63,340 nucleotides of DNA from Nitrosopumilaceae archaeon (GTDB taxonomy: Archaea > Thermoproteota > Nitrososphaeria > Nitrososphaerales > Nitrosopumilaceae). Position numbers and translations under genes: made by a program. The number at the start of each line of letters is the position of its first letter. Within the stretch, counting starts at the first letter, position 1. Positions 9,991 through 21,467 of the stretch are shown in pieces. The notes beneath the pieces were generated by a model that made no database searches, had not been told where the DNA came from, and was given only the letters and a program-made list of their open reading frames with translations. The stretch lies in contig CBDATR010000031.1 of assembly GCA_965200155.1 (NCBI GenBank), positions 1 through 63,340 of the forward strand, given 5' to 3'.

Positions 9991-12410
9991 GTATGAGTTC
10001 ACGTGTTTTGATCATTCACTAAGATATAGATTGGCATGACAATATTTTGCTTAAATATCAAATTTGCAATAAGAATCTAATGAGAAGACGCCGGTCCTAT
10101 AAGGAATTGGAACTTAAAAATGGTATGAGTTCACGTGTTTTGATCATTCACTAAGATATAGATCGGTATGGCAATATTTTACTTAAATACCAAATTTACA
10201 ATAAGAATCTAATGAGAAGACGCCGGTCCTATAAGGAATTGGAACTGGAAAATAAACTTCTTCAGGATACCCTTGCGTCTACCAAGAAAGATATTGCACA
10301 TTACAAGGAACGTGTGAGAGTATTGGAAGCACATACGTCACACACCATAAAAGAAATATGAAATCATATGCAAGATTTCCAAATTATTAGAAATTATGTA
10401 AGTGAATTAAAAGAGGAATTAGTAGAAAAAGACAGGAAAATTGCGGTACTCACAACGCGACTTAAATATTATGAGAATGCTCACTCGCCACCATCCCTTC
10501 AATCCCTCCAGTACAAGAAGCGAAAACAGGAGGAACAGAAGCGAAAACAGGGAGATAATAAGAAACAGAAAGAAGCCAGTACTAAATCAGCCAAAAAGGC
10601 TGGCGCTCAAAAGGGACACAAGGGGGTTTCCCGTTCCCACAACCCCGGCAGAGTAGTGCATCATACCTTTGAGTACACACCAATATGTGAGTGCGGCAAT
10701 ATGATGACAAAAATTGGTTGGAAACAACGACACATAACGGAATTAATACCAGCCAAAATAGAGGAGACCCTTCATGTGATAGAAATGGCTGCGTGTGGGT
10801 GCGGCAAAAAACAACTGGCCCCAGCAGCGGGCGTCCCAAAGAGTGGTAGTTTTGGGGTTCAATTATGCGGTGCCATCACTGCATTACGCGCAGAAAAGAT
10901 TCCAATAAAACGCATACCTGTAATTTCGAAGGATCTCTTCGGCCTGAATATATCTGTGGGTGCGGTAAACAACATAATTGCCAGGGCCGCCGATGCATGT
11001 GAATCATTTATGGAAACAATTCATGAAAATATAATAAAATCACCCAGCATTCATGTGGACGAAACTGGTATATCACTGGCGGGTAGGCGTGGCTGGGTAT
11101 GGGGGATGCGAGCCGAAGAGTAGACGATATACAAAAGTAGGAGTTCAAATGTAGTGAACAAATACCTGAACGGTTACCAGGGAGCGATAGTAACGGACAG
11201 GTACGTTGTGTATCGCCGGTTTGATGACGGTGGGAAGCACCATCTGGGCGCATTTATTGCGCGATACCAGTATATTACATGCAGGATTCTATATTGATCC
11301 CGGTGATCAGGAGTATGAGTTCACCTGTGTCTAAATTTACGCACAACTGATCGCGACAGTTAATGTAATTTGTGTATAAGATTCCGGAAGACGTGAACTC
11401 ATACGAATTAATACCAGCCAGAATAGAGGAGACCCTTCATGTGATAGAAATGGCCACATGTATGTGCGGCAAAAAACAACTGGCTTCAGCAGCGGGCGTC
11501 CCAGAGAGTGGTGGTTTTGAGATGTGGTGCCATCACTGCATTGCGTGCGGAAAAGATTCCAATAAAATGCGTACCTGTAATTTCGAGGGATCTCTTCGGC
11601 CTGAATATATCGGTGGGTGCGGTAAACAACATAATTGCCAGGGCCGCCGATGCATGTGAATCATTTATGGAAACAATTTATGAGAATATAATAAAATCAC
11701 CCAGCATTCATGTGGACGAAACTGGTATATCACTGGCGGGTAAGCGTGGCTGGATATGGGGGATGCGGGCCGAAGAGTGGATGATATACAAAAGTAGGAG
11801 TTCATATGTAGTGGACAAATACCTGAACGGTCACAATGGAGCGATAGTAACGGACAGGTACGTTGTGTATCGCCGGTTTGATGACGGTGGGAAGCACCAT
11901 CTGGGCGCATTTATTGCGCGATACCAGTATATTACATGCAGGATTCTATATTGATCCCGGTGCTCAGGACGCCCGGATCAAACTTGACAACGACCTGAAA
12001 GGATTGTTCCGGAGCGCACGTGAATCGCTGCGGGCCGTCCGCGCAATTACGACACTCATTTGAGGCAGGAGCAGATGCATCAGTATTATGATGTTGATGA
12101 TGCTGAACTACAAAAGAAGGTAAAAGGATTGAATAAGGCCATACCAGGCATGTTCGTATTCCTAGAATATGACGGTGTGGAGCCGACCAACAATCCAGCG
12201 GAGCAGTGGAACCGGTTCTGATACGCAGTGGTATTCCGTAAGATTAGTGGCCAGATAAAGGGTGTAATGCGCCGCATGTCCACATGTGTTCAGAGATGGC
12301 GGGCTCAGGGCCTTTCTGTAATGAACGAGGTTGCTGCCAGAATGCAATTATAATTAAAAAACTGGGATGCATTCTATCTTATTATGTGATCAAAACACGT
12401 GAACTCATAC
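9991..12410 (+). mobile_element. pile of three IS66-A pieces (9991-10122, 10123-11312, 11405-12410) joined through MITE-A 11313-11404
   Basis: Two left TIRs and one right TIR; duplicated tnpC segment; in-frame stops and short deletions. Confidence 0.9.
11313..11404 (-). mobile_element. MITE-A
   Basis: 92-bp copy, no TSD. Confidence 0.95.
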
Positions 12411-13836
12411 AAATGGTTACCACAAAACCCATTAATTTGTATGAGTTCACCTATGTCTAAATTTACGCATAACTGATCGCGACAGTTAATGTGATTTGTG
12501 TACAAGATTCCGGAAGACATGAACTCATACATTAATTTAGTGGATTTTCTGATAAGTAATATTCGAATTATAATAACACGGAAATTATGGACAGATATTT
12601 TTCAAGAATTTCTTGTACCTGGTATGCTTGTGTATAATGTGTAAATTATGCAACCCGGATACTACGAGATCTTCCCGGAATTCCTCACGACTACCATCAT
12701 ATACCTGACTTAATCTACGATATACCTTTGGCATTCGAATTACATGCTCGATTAATATGCGCCTTTTTGATACATATTGGTTGTATTTCCTTTCAGTTTT
12801 AGTGAGTGATTCCCTACCCCTGTATGGAATTATGACCTTTGCGCCGGGTAGGAAGTCTTTCATACCCTGGTATCCTGCATCTGCTATTACTGTTATCTTC
12901 TCAGATGGCAGCGTGGTTGATTCTTTTAGGGACTTGCCACCGAGGGGAATATCATTCTTGAATATACCATAATCGTGTCTTTTTCCCTCATATACTCCAC
13001 TGACGTGAATTATCAGTCTTTTCTTGTTTGATGTTATCTGTACGTTATACGTGTGGGTTTTTTGTTTACCAGAGTACATTGCCTCCTGATTTTTTTCAGG
13101 ACGTTGTACGCGTACATGTGTCCCGTCAGTCTTTATCTCCCCTCCGGCTCGACCGGGAACAATTTCCTTAAAGTCGGGTGTTGACTTGATTTGTGATATT
13201 GCTTTTGCAACGGTATCGGCCGTTGGAAGTATCTTGATCAGTCCCTGCTTTGTAAACTGGATGTAACGGCATATGTTTGACTGGTTTATCTTGAGTATTG
13301 TAGCAAGAAGCTCCTGCTTTGTGTTGCAGCGCAGGCGTATCAGTGTAACTAAGAGTACATGCCTAATGGGAAATTTGTTCATGTGGCCACGATCATTTGT
13401 AAGTTCTAAGAATCGCCGTGCATCATCGCCTTCCAGGGACTCTACGTATTCTGTGAATGTGGTTAGTATCCATTTGAACTCTTCCGGGGTGCATCCGGTC
13501 AGGGAATGAAGCTGATCCTTGCGTTCTATGATGTCATCAAGATTTGAAACGAGGGCATTCTTTGTTTGAGCTTCAAGTTTGCCACGCAGGTTTGTTACTT
13601 CGGCCTCGGACTCGGTGTGTAGCCGGTTGTACTCGGTGTAGCCGGTTGTACTCTGTGACTAACTGCTCCTTGGTGAGTTCTGCTTTTAGCATATCTGGTA
13701 TTACAAAATTAGGTCTTAACTTTTCTGTTTCACACGAGTCTGTGTGGGAAAACCCATGATACTAGGTCAATTACTCGTATCTAACAACTTGGTTTAGACG
13801 TGCAGTGTGGGAGAAGTGATTCTGCGCATACGGTCT
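12411..13836 (-). mobile_element. IS5 (ISL2 group) copy, frameshifted, right end removed at the IS66-A junction
   Basis: Left TIR at 13836; DGT/DAGY/IEH DDE motifs in 12585..13382; short duplication near 13610-13650. Confidence 0.9.
12439..12530 (-). mobile_element. MITE-A in the IS5 3' region
   Basis: TSD ATTAATTT; same site as 40812-40903. Confidence 0.95.
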
Positions 13837-13850
13837 AATGCACCATTTTT

Positions 13851-13942
13851 GTATGAGTTCACGTCTTCCGGAATCTTGTGCACAAATCACATTAACTGTC
13901 GCGATCAGTTGTGCGTAAATTTAGACACAGGTGAACTCATAC
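13851..13942 (+). mobile_element. MITE-A
   Basis: TSD CCATTTTT. Confidence 0.95.
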
Positions 13943-14056
13943 CCATTTTTTTCACTTGAATCCATGTACCTACTTCTTTACAGCACCACCTTATCATAGA
14001 TGCGTAACGACAGAGCATGATTGGATTGCGCCGGGATAGGGACTCGTATGTGGCTA

Positions 14057-14251
14057 CTATGACTTGTCCTTGTAGTCCTTGAGTTCCTTCTCGCCTTCTA
14101 TCTTGCCCTTTTCAAACTCTCCCTTGGCCTTACCAAAGGTGCGGGCCAGCTCCGGTATCTTGCGGGCGCCAAATATGAGTACCACTACTACAACAATGAG
14201 TATTATCCACTCCTGACCGGCAATAAACTGCGCCAAGGCACCAAGCATCAA
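14057..14251 (-). CDS. tatA: twin-arginine translocase TatA
   Basis: TM helix followed by FGARKIPELARTFGKA. Confidence 0.92.
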   Translation of the reverse strand: MMLGALAQFIAGQEWIILIVVVVVLIFGARKIPELARTFGKAKGEFEKGKIEGEKELKDYKDKS

Positions 14252-14275
14252 TCTATCATAGACGTCTCATTGAAT

Positions 14276-15052
14276 TTAAATCTTTGATTTTCGCTCTATT
14301 ACTGCTAGCCCAATTCCATACAATGCTAACATGGGCAGTGCGACAAACCACATGGTTATGCCGCTACCATCCGGCGTCACCGCGGCACCAAATATCACTA
14401 TTATCACTACTGCATACCTGATATTCTTGCGCCAAAATTTGGCATCGGTAAAGCCCGCGTATGTAATGGCATACATTACGAGTGGCAGCTGAAAGGACAG
14501 GCCAAAAGCCAGGAGAAACTGTAGTACAAAGGTCACAAAGTCCATTATGTTAAGGAATGTAATCAGACCCGCAGCATCGCCAAATTGGTAGAAGAATTGC
14601 AGTATGAATGGCACCACCACGATATACGAAAAGACGCACCCCACAACAAAGAGTCCCAATGCAGGCAGGGTGATGGAGCGGGTCGCGTGAATCTCCGCGT
14701 CTCTCAGGGCAGGTGTAATGAATGCCACTGCTTCCCGTATAATTACTGGTATGCTGGCTACTATACCCAGTAATATGGCGATATACACCTGAGAGAAGAA
14801 GGCTTGGCCCGGTGCCGTCTGTATAAGATCAACGCCTGGCGGCACCAGCTGTGCACTCATATGCACGGTTAGCTGTGCGGCCACATTGTCCAGGGGATCC
14901 ATGACCGGATAGTACAGGGGAATGCCCCACAGCGAGATGGGTTCTAGGTGCACGCTCATGGTAAAGATGGTGATGGCTGCCACTGCCACGGCTACCCGGA
15001 GTATACGACGCCGCAACTCCTCAAAGTGTGTACCAAAACTGTCAATGGACAT
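14276..15052 (-). CDS. tatC: twin-arginine translocase TatC
   Basis: HFEELRRR, FGLSFQLP, AAVTPD motifs; multiple TM helices. Confidence 0.92.
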   Translation of the reverse strand: MSIDSFGTHFEELRRRILRVAVAVAAITIFTMSVHLEPISLWGIPLYYPVMDPLDNVAAQLTVHMSAQLVPPGVDLIQTAPGQAFFSQVYIAILLGIVASIPVIIREAVAFITPALRDAEIHATRSITLPALGLFVVGCVFSYIVVVPFILQFFYQFGDAAGLITFLNIMDFVTFVLQFLLAFGLSFQLPLVMYAITYAGFTDAKFWRKNIRYAVVIIVIFGAAVTPDGSGITMWFVALPMLALYGIGLAVIERKSKI

Positions 15053-15082
15053 GATCTGCTGATGTCTGGAATCTTGTCTTTA

Positions 15083-15547
15083 TTATTTGCCCGGAATTGG
15101 CAACAATTTGGAGTCTGGCAGTCCCGCGGCGCGCATGTCATCCTGGCTCATGCCCTCAAACTCCAACGTTATTGTAGGTACGGTATCAAAGGTCTCTGCC
15201 ATGGAGCGTGCCAGCTCCGCTATACCTGCGGGATCAAAGAATACCTTGGAGTCTGCCAGAAAGACACGATCTCCCTTGACGGTCTCCTTTCCACCATACC
15301 GTTCCCGAAGGTGTCGTGTTATCTTTGGCAGTTCCTTGGAGGATATGTGATTGTGATAGTATACGAGTCCGTGAACCGGAGTATAGTCCAGGGGTGTACC
15401 GTGGCGATAAGTAAAGATTCCTATGAATATGGCCTCATCCTCAGGCATTCTTACGCATTTTATGTCCCAGTTTAGCAGTTTGCCTGGATCATATGTGAGA
15501 TTGTCCATATCATCCGGTGTCATCTTCCAGTATCGTGCCCTTGCCAT
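15083..15547 (-). CDS. hypothetical protein (MARARYWK...)
   Basis: ORF directly upstream of tatC; start chosen to avoid purS overlap. Confidence 0.7.
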   Translation of the reverse strand: MARARYWKMTPDDMDNLTYDPGKLLNWDIKCVRMPEDEAIFIGIFTYRHGTPLDYTPVHGLVYYHNHISSKELPKITRHLRERYGGKETVKGDRVFLADSKVFFDPAGIAELARSMAETFDTVPTITLEFEGMSQDDMRAAGLPDSKLLPIPGK

Positions 15548-15620
15548 ATGTTGGTATACAAGTTCGTGCATATAAAATCCATGGCACAATACAAATATTG
15601 AATCATGGTTATTTTTGCTT

Positions 15621-15875
15621 GTGGAAACCTTTGATGTACTGGTAACAATAGAGAACAAGCCTTCCATAAGTGACCCCGAGGGACAGACCATTCTCAATGA
15701 CCTTGTTCAGCGGGAGGGTACCACTAACATTACACAGATACGGTGTTCCAAGAACCTCAAGTTTACCATATCTTCTGAGAGCCATGATGCCGCTATGGAA
15801 GAGGTGCGCCGCATATGTGAGGAAATGCGCATATACAACCCGCTGGTGAGTCATATACATGTGGTAAAAGTCTAG
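15621..15875 (+). CDS. purS: FGAM synthase subunit PurS
   Basis: KPSISDPEGQTI and IYNPLV motifs. Confidence 0.88.
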   Translation: METFDVLVTIENKPSISDPEGQTILNDLVQREGTTNITQIRCSKNLKFTISSESHDAAMEEVRRICEEMRIYNPLVSHIHVVKV

Positions 15876-16285
15876 TCAGATTTGGCTATGGTCCCATCAA
15901 TGAGAAGCTTGTTTCGCAGGAAGCCCGCTAGGTCCGTCTGGGTTATGACGCCCACTAGTCTACCATTCTCCAGCACCACCAGCCGTCTTATGCGCGCATT
16001 CATCATCTTTTGGACTGCCACCTCTATCTTTGTGGAGGGTTCCGCAGAGAGAAATGTGGTTGACTGAATTTCTGATACCGAAAACTCTGAAGCCTGTCTG
16101 TCTTCCGCGGCTATCTTTCGAACTATGTCCCGCTCGGTGACTATTCCCAGCGGTATATCCTTGTCTGATATTGTAACTACAAAACTGATATCCTTATCCC
16201 GCAACAAGCGGGCCGCGTCCAGTGCAGAACTGTCTGCCGATATGGTAACTACATTTTGGCCCATTATATCCCGAACACGTGTCAT
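15872..16285 (-). CDS. CBS domain pair protein
   Basis: GIVTERDI and GVITQTDL. Confidence 0.9.
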   Translation of the reverse strand: MTRVRDIMGQNVVTISADSSALDAARLLRDKDISFVVTISDKDIPLGIVTERDIVRKIAAEDRQASEFSVSEIQSTTFLSAEPSTKIEVAVQKMMNARIRRLVVLENGRLVGVITQTDLAGFLRNKLLIDGTIAKSD

Positions 16286-16397
16286 AAGTGAGACTATTTG
16301 TGACTCCTAAAATATGTTAACAGGGTTTGCCGCTCATAATTGCGATTTGTGTCTCTTACTCAAATTATTATGACTCGTCATAGGGTGACTCGTGCAG

Positions 16398-16820
16398 TTA
16401 CTTGCTGACAGGTGTTGATTGTGGAGGGTAACCGTGATCATTCAGTATATCCAGTATCTTTTTGGGTAGGGAACAGTAGTCTGCTCCGGGTTCTGCTACC
16501 ACGTACAGTATGTCATCATCGAGTCGAAAACTGATTGTAACCGCAAAGCGCCGTGATGCCATGGCAAAGTTGACCGGGCCCAGTTGCCTGTCGAACTCCC
16601 GTCGCATGCGCACGCGGAGGGCCAGCTCCATGAACAGTACCTCATCATCCTTCTCGGTTTCGAGTGGTTTTACGCCTTTCCGCATACCTCCTGCAACCAG
16701 TCGCCCGCGCTCATTTATCACTCCGGCAAAGCGTATGTCTGGGTCTAAATCCATAACCTTGTTGCACAAACCCGAATGTTGGGACAATTTTGCTGCCAAA
16801 CCAAACCGTTCTGAGGACAT
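16398..16820 (-). CDS. DUF6659/roadblock-like thaumarchaeal protein
   Basis: IRFAGVINERGRLVAGG...MRREFDRQLGPV pattern. Confidence 0.7.
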   Translation of the reverse strand: MSSERFGLAAKLSQHSGLCNKVMDLDPDIRFAGVINERGRLVAGGMRKGVKPLETEKDDEVLFMELALRVRMRREFDRQLGPVNFAMASRRFAVTISFRLDDDILYVVAEPGADYCSLPKKILDILNDHGYPPQSTPVSK

Positions 16821-16851
16821 CCTATTATTAGATTTAACTGAGTTGTGGCCG

Positions 16852-17280
16852 GTAACCGTTTAGGTCGCACCATGCCTTAACCATATGTCCTGATTAATCC
16901 AATACATGCCATATGGAAGACCCAGAGGTTGAGATTCTGCGGGACAAGTTAGCCAAGGCCATGGCTGAATACAAAAGAAACATCAAGATCAATGAAGAGA
17001 AAGATGTGACTATCCGCAGATTGTTTGAGTGTAGTCAAAGTATGTGTGGTAAAGACACTGTTAGAATGTATGAGTTCACCTGTGTCTAAATTTACGCATA
17101 ACTGATCGCGACAGTTAATGTGATTTGTGCATAAGATTCCGGAAGACGTGAACTCATACGTTAGAATGTCTAAAAAACTTGTGCAGGATGTGTCACGTAT
17201 TTAGATCCGACTACAAAAAAACACAAAGCGTGTTGAAAGAATTTGAAGAAAAAACCCGTCGCATGCTCAGACTTATGAAT
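16852..17280 (+). mobile_element. left end of a second IS66-like family (B), decayed coiled-coil ORF from 16913
   Basis: TIR GTAACCGTTTAGGTC; MEDPEVEILRDKLAK...; MITE-A insertion. Confidence 0.6.
17068..17159 (-). mobile_element. MITE-A
   Basis: TSD GTTAGAAT. Confidence 0.95.
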
Positions 17281-17443
17281 AGACCTTATGCGCATGATTG
17301 ACAGTAACAGCCCATGTTGCTTCAAACTGGGGTGTATTTTATTGCACACAATCAGTCAAGCATGAACAATGTGAATGGTACCTGCCAGCACTAACGTATG
17401 CCGTGATTACAAATGCCGTGCAGTGAGGCGACCGGATCTTGGT
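17281..17443 (-). mobile_element. IS5 right-end fragment
   Basis: AGACCTTATGCGCATGATTG. Confidence 0.85.
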
Positions 17444-17585
17444 GTAACAGTTTAGGTCACTCCTAGACAACCGCTCAAAATACACCGCGAACATATCCAT
17501 TCTTGCCTTTTCTATCATAATGTCTCACATATGCCCCCGTATTTATCGTCTAGATGTCTGATTTTTACGCGACCTAAACGGTTAC
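17444..17585 (-). mobile_element. MITE-B (142 bp); an extra family-B TIR follows at ~17594-17609
   Basis: GTAACAGTTTAGGTC...GACCTAAACGGTTAC; interior matches 24359, 42372 and 62480 copies. Confidence 0.85.
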
Positions 17586-17795
17586 GTCGGAAGTGACCTA
17601 AACGGTTACGTTAGCCCTCATACTGGTGGCAGCTCACACTACGCGCAAGCATTACGGTGCATCACAATATGCTTCAAACTAGGCACCATGAGTTCGTACA
17701 AGGAATATGAAATCATACGTACTGCCCAGACATATTGTACTGAGAGAATGGTGTCATCCATAAGTCAGACTATACCGTCGGCAAAGGCTCAGCAT

Positions 17796-18896
17796 TTACT
17801 GCGTCAGTCTTTTTAGGAGTGCGTCAAACTCCTGCTCGAAGAGTGGGGGCTCATTCATGATCCGGGTATTCTCCTGTACGTGTGCGGAGCTTTTGTGGCC
17901 TGCCAGCGGTGCTAGAACACCGGGAGTGGAGCGGACAAATTGCAATGCCCGCATGGCGGCAGTACCCGTTCCAAACTGCGGCAACACGTTTGGTGCCAAC
18001 AGACGACCCTGCATGAACGGAACGCTAGTAAACACTCCCAAATCCATCTTTCTTGCCGCCTCCAGGAATGGCACTATATCACCATTAATTGCCTGTGTGG
18101 GCTTGCGCAGTGCCTCGTCCAGGTACATATTATAAGGAAGCTGCACAAAACGGAACCCATGATTTATTCCTGCTGCCTCCCTGGCCATCCCAAGTACCTC
18201 CTCTATGGAAAGGTATTGTGGATCCCCGGCCTCCACCCGAAAGCAGTCCCATGTAGCCATGCCATAATACTTAATGTGGCCGGCGCGACGCTGCTCCTCG
18301 TACCATCCAATTATGTCCCGGAGTCTGGCACGCAGCTCTTTTCCTGAGACATCCTTGTGCTGACCCTCTACAACATTATGCAGGTACATCAGGTCTATAC
18401 AGTCTACCCCCAGGTTCTGCAGGCTCTGCTCCAGCTGCGCCCGGAGAAAAGGTATACTCATGCAGTGATAACCGGACGAAATGTCGTTATCTTGTATTAT
18501 TCCGCGCTTAACATAATTCTCCCTGATATATGCCCAAAAATCCAGGGGGGAATCCGCATCATTTGTTACATAGCCGTGCTTGGTGCATAGAAATATCTGA
18601 TCCCGCGATACCATGCCATCCTGTATCATCCTGGATATGGCCGCGCCCACCGCGCGCTCGGATTTTTGTGCCCGATAGTTTATTGCCGTATCAATTACAT
18701 TTATGCCCGCTCTCACAGAATCTATCACCGCCTGCGTCATCATTTCATCGGTAGTGGCATCCGGCTCCCCAAGGTACGTTCCAACCCCTACATTGGAGAG
18801 TGTTAAACCATCAAACTGGCGATAATTGAGCATATGCGCAGTGGATCTCTCCTGAAATGATCTTGTGCCCTGAGCCGTAGCATAATTTTGTGCCAT
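17796..18896 (-). CDS. aldo/keto reductase
   Basis: GVGT, IDTAINY, CTKHG, IDLMYLHN, QLPYN. Confidence 0.9.
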   Translation of the reverse strand: MAQNYATAQGTRSFQERSTAHMLNYRQFDGLTLSNVGVGTYLGEPDATTDEMMTQAVIDSVRAGINVIDTAINYRAQKSERAVGAAISRMIQDGMVSRDQIFLCTKHGYVTNDADSPLDFWAYIRENYVKRGIIQDNDISSGYHCMSIPFLRAQLEQSLQNLGVDCIDLMYLHNVVEGQHKDVSGKELRARLRDIIGWYEEQRRAGHIKYYGMATWDCFRVEAGDPQYLSIEEVLGMAREAAGINHGFRFVQLPYNMYLDEALRKPTQAINGDIVPFLEAARKMDLGVFTSVPFMQGRLLAPNVLPQFGTGTAAMRALQFVRSTPGVLAPLAGHKSSAHVQENTRIMNEPPLFEQEFDALLKRLTQ

Positions 18897-18954
18897 TACT
18901 GTACCAGTAATTGTTAGTGACCATTATATTCCTGCCCTTTTGGAGCGGGACCCC

Positions 18955-21450
18955 TCATATCAGGAAATATTCCGCATCCGGATGATGCAATATTATGGCA
19001 GCAGTAGACTGGTCCGGAATTATCTGCCCTGATGCGGACAGCGTCATGCCGGCCTTGTCCGGATGCAGCAGCCTCCATACAAGCTCATGCTGCTCTATGT
19101 TTGGACAGCTGGGGTATCCCCAGCTGTATCTGAGACAACCGGTATCCAGTCCCAGCTCAGTGCGTATTCTTCTGTTATTCCACTCTGCCAGGGCCTCCAC
19201 AAACTCCACGGCTAGGCCGTGCAGGTAGTATGCGTCCGTTATTCTGCCTTCCTCGTTCCATTTCGATATAATCTCCTCTGCCCTACTACCTGCACTTACT
19301 GCCTGAAATATCACCACGTCGCTATACTGTTCCTTTCCAAAGTAGTCTGCCATGCACAGTCTCCTAGCTTTCTGAGAGCGGGGAAATGCAAGTCTTGTGT
19401 CCCTGTCATCACTGCGGATTACCAGCCAGTTGCCGCGACTATGGCACTGAAAGTACCCATACGTAACTGTGGGCGCAAAGAGGGACTCCGCTCTTATCTT
19501 TTCCTGCCATTGCAGGTACAGTCTCTGGTGCTCCTCTGCCTGTTCACGACCGGCCATGCCCCGCAGACCCCAGGACAACTTGAAGAGAGATCTCTGGTCC
19601 ACCAGTGACCAGACCTGCTGATAGTCTATCACATCCTGCAGTATGGTCCGTCCCATGAACGGGGGGCGGGGGGGCTTTACCGCTCTGACATCGCTCTTGG
19701 ATACCTGGGCAGCCGGGGCAGCCCTAGTAGGCGGGACATACTTTTCCAGCTTGTTGCGCCACTCCTTTCTCAAAATATCCGGCTCGGACATGAGCCTGTC
19801 CATAACCTTCAGTCCGTCGAACATGGTATTACAATAAAAGACGCCGGGATCATAGATACCGTTATCGGTGGATATGCGGTTCACGAAACTGGTGTTTATG
19901 GCCGCGCCGCCGCACAGTATGGGTATGCTCAAATCGTTATCCCTGGCATGATCCACAAAGTGCTTCATCTCCCTGGACGTATTCACCAAGAGCGCCGAGA
20001 GTCCTACAGCATCTGCATCAACCTCCTGTATCTTGTCCAGGAATCTCTGCATGGGCACCTGCTTGCCCAAGTCGTATACTGCATACCCATTGTTCTGGAA
20101 TATTGTCTTTACAAGGTTCTTTCCTATGTCGTGCACATCGCCGTATACGGTACCCAGAACCAGCTTGCCCTTGCTGGCACCCTCCTTCTTTAGCAGATAC
20201 TTTTCCAGCTCCGATACCGCACTCTTCATACATTCCGCGGATTTCAGTACAAAGGGCAGTATTATCTCACCTGCGCCGAATCTGTCCCCTACCGTCTTCA
20301 TGGCGGGGAGGAGTGACTCGTTCAATACCTGGATGGCTGCGGGATGCGTTTGCTGTAATGGCGCCTGTATTTGGCCGTCCTGAATTACTGTATCCCCGTC
20401 CATGTTGGCGTGTATGGCCTGCACTACCTCCCTCTCGATTCCCTCCAGTATGCGATTTACAATCATATAGTTGGCCTTCTTGGATGCGGGCCATGCGGGG
20501 TCGATTGTGGGCTTTGCTGCGCCAGGTCCCTCGGAGCTTAGTCCCTCAAATACGTCCAGGAGTTTGGCCAGGGCGTCCGGCCGCCTGTTCAGTACCAAAT
20601 CATCGGCAGCACGTTTCTGCGTTAGCGGTATGTTGGCGTATGGTATGATATCTGTGGGGTTCACTATTACGCAGTCCAGGCCAGCCTGAACTGCATGATA
20701 AAAGAATACGGAGTTTATCACTTTGCGGGGATAGGGATCCAGTCCGAAACTGACATTGCTCAGGCCCAGAACCGTATATGACTGGGGAAATCTCTCCTTG
20801 ATGAGCCGTATTCCTTCTATGGTCTGGTTGGCCGAGTCAAGAAACTCATCCTCGCCTGTAGCCAGGGTGAATGTGAGTGGATCAAATATGTACTGCCACT
20901 CTTGTAAATCATACTTTTTGCCTGTCTCTACCAGTAATTCTGCCGTACTCATCTTCTGCCTTGCGGTCTTGGTCATGCCCTGCGGTCCTATACACATGGC
21001 TATGGCGGGCAGTCCGTACTTTTTCATTACCGGGGCAATGCCGGAGAATCGGCTCCCGTCCCCCTCCAGATTAATCGAGTTTATGATGGGCTTGCCGGGT
21101 ATATGACGTACCGCGGCCTCTATAACTACTGGATCTGTCGAGTCTATGACTAATGGTGTCTCCACCTCCAGGCTTAGCTGCTTTACCAGTTTCACCATGA
21201 ACTCCTTCTCGTCTGCGCGCTCAGTAACGGCGACACACACATCAAGACAGTGGGCCCCGCCCTGGGCTTGGTCGCGGGCTATATCCACTAATCCCTCGTA
21301 ATCATCTGCCAGAATGAGGCGCTTGGCCTTGCGGGAGCCTGCCGCATTTACCCGCTCACCTATTATGAGTGGGGCCGGTCTCTGGCGCAGCGATATGGTG
21401 CGCATAGCCGAGCTCACTAGAGGAATCATGGGTTGTGTGTGCATTACCAA
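18955..21450 (-). CDS. metH: cobalamin-dependent methionine synthase (pterin-binding, B12-binding and activation domains; no homocysteine domain)
   Basis: IIGERVNAAGS, GDVHDIGKNLV, SALL, CGGAA, RYSWGYPSCP. Confidence 0.9.
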   Translation of the reverse strand: MVMHTQPMIPLVSSAMRTISLRQRPAPLIIGERVNAAGSRKAKRLILADDYEGLVDIARDQAQGGAHCLDVCVAVTERADEKEFMVKLVKQLSLEVETPLVIDSTDPVVIEAAVRHIPGKPIINSINLEGDGSRFSGIAPVMKKYGLPAIAMCIGPQGMTKTARQKMSTAELLVETGKKYDLQEWQYIFDPLTFTLATGEDEFLDSANQTIEGIRLIKERFPQSYTVLGLSNVSFGLDPYPRKVINSVFFYHAVQAGLDCVIVNPTDIIPYANIPLTQKRAADDLVLNRRPDALAKLLDVFEGLSSEGPGAAKPTIDPAWPASKKANYMIVNRILEGIEREVVQAIHANMDGDTVIQDGQIQAPLQQTHPAAIQVLNESLLPAMKTVGDRFGAGEIILPFVLKSAECMKSAVSELEKYLLKKEGASKGKLVLGTVYGDVHDIGKNLVKTIFQNNGYAVYDLGKQVPMQRFLDKIQEVDADAVGLSALLVNTSREMKHFVDHARDNDLSIPILCGGAAINTSFVNRISTDNGIYDPGVFYCNTMFDGLKVMDRLMSEPDILRKEWRNKLEKYVPPTRAAPAAQVSKSDVRAVKPPRPPFMGRTILQDVIDYQQVWSLVDQRSLFKLSWGLRGMAGREQAEEHQRLYLQWQEKIRAESLFAPTVTYGYFQCHSRGNWLVIRSDDRDTRLAFPRSQKARRLCMADYFGKEQYSDVVIFQAVSAGSRAEEIISKWNEEGRITDAYYLHGLAVEFVEALAEWNNRRIRTELGLDTGCLRYSWGYPSCPNIEQHELVWRLLHPDKAGMTLSASGQIIPDQSTAAIILHHPDAEYFLI

Positions 21451-21467
21451 TTATTATACTGTGAAAC

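Noticed and set aside
18955-21450. Truncated metH
   Set aside because: Split MetH with a separate homocysteine-binding gene is known; the ORF is intact and no IS is at its start
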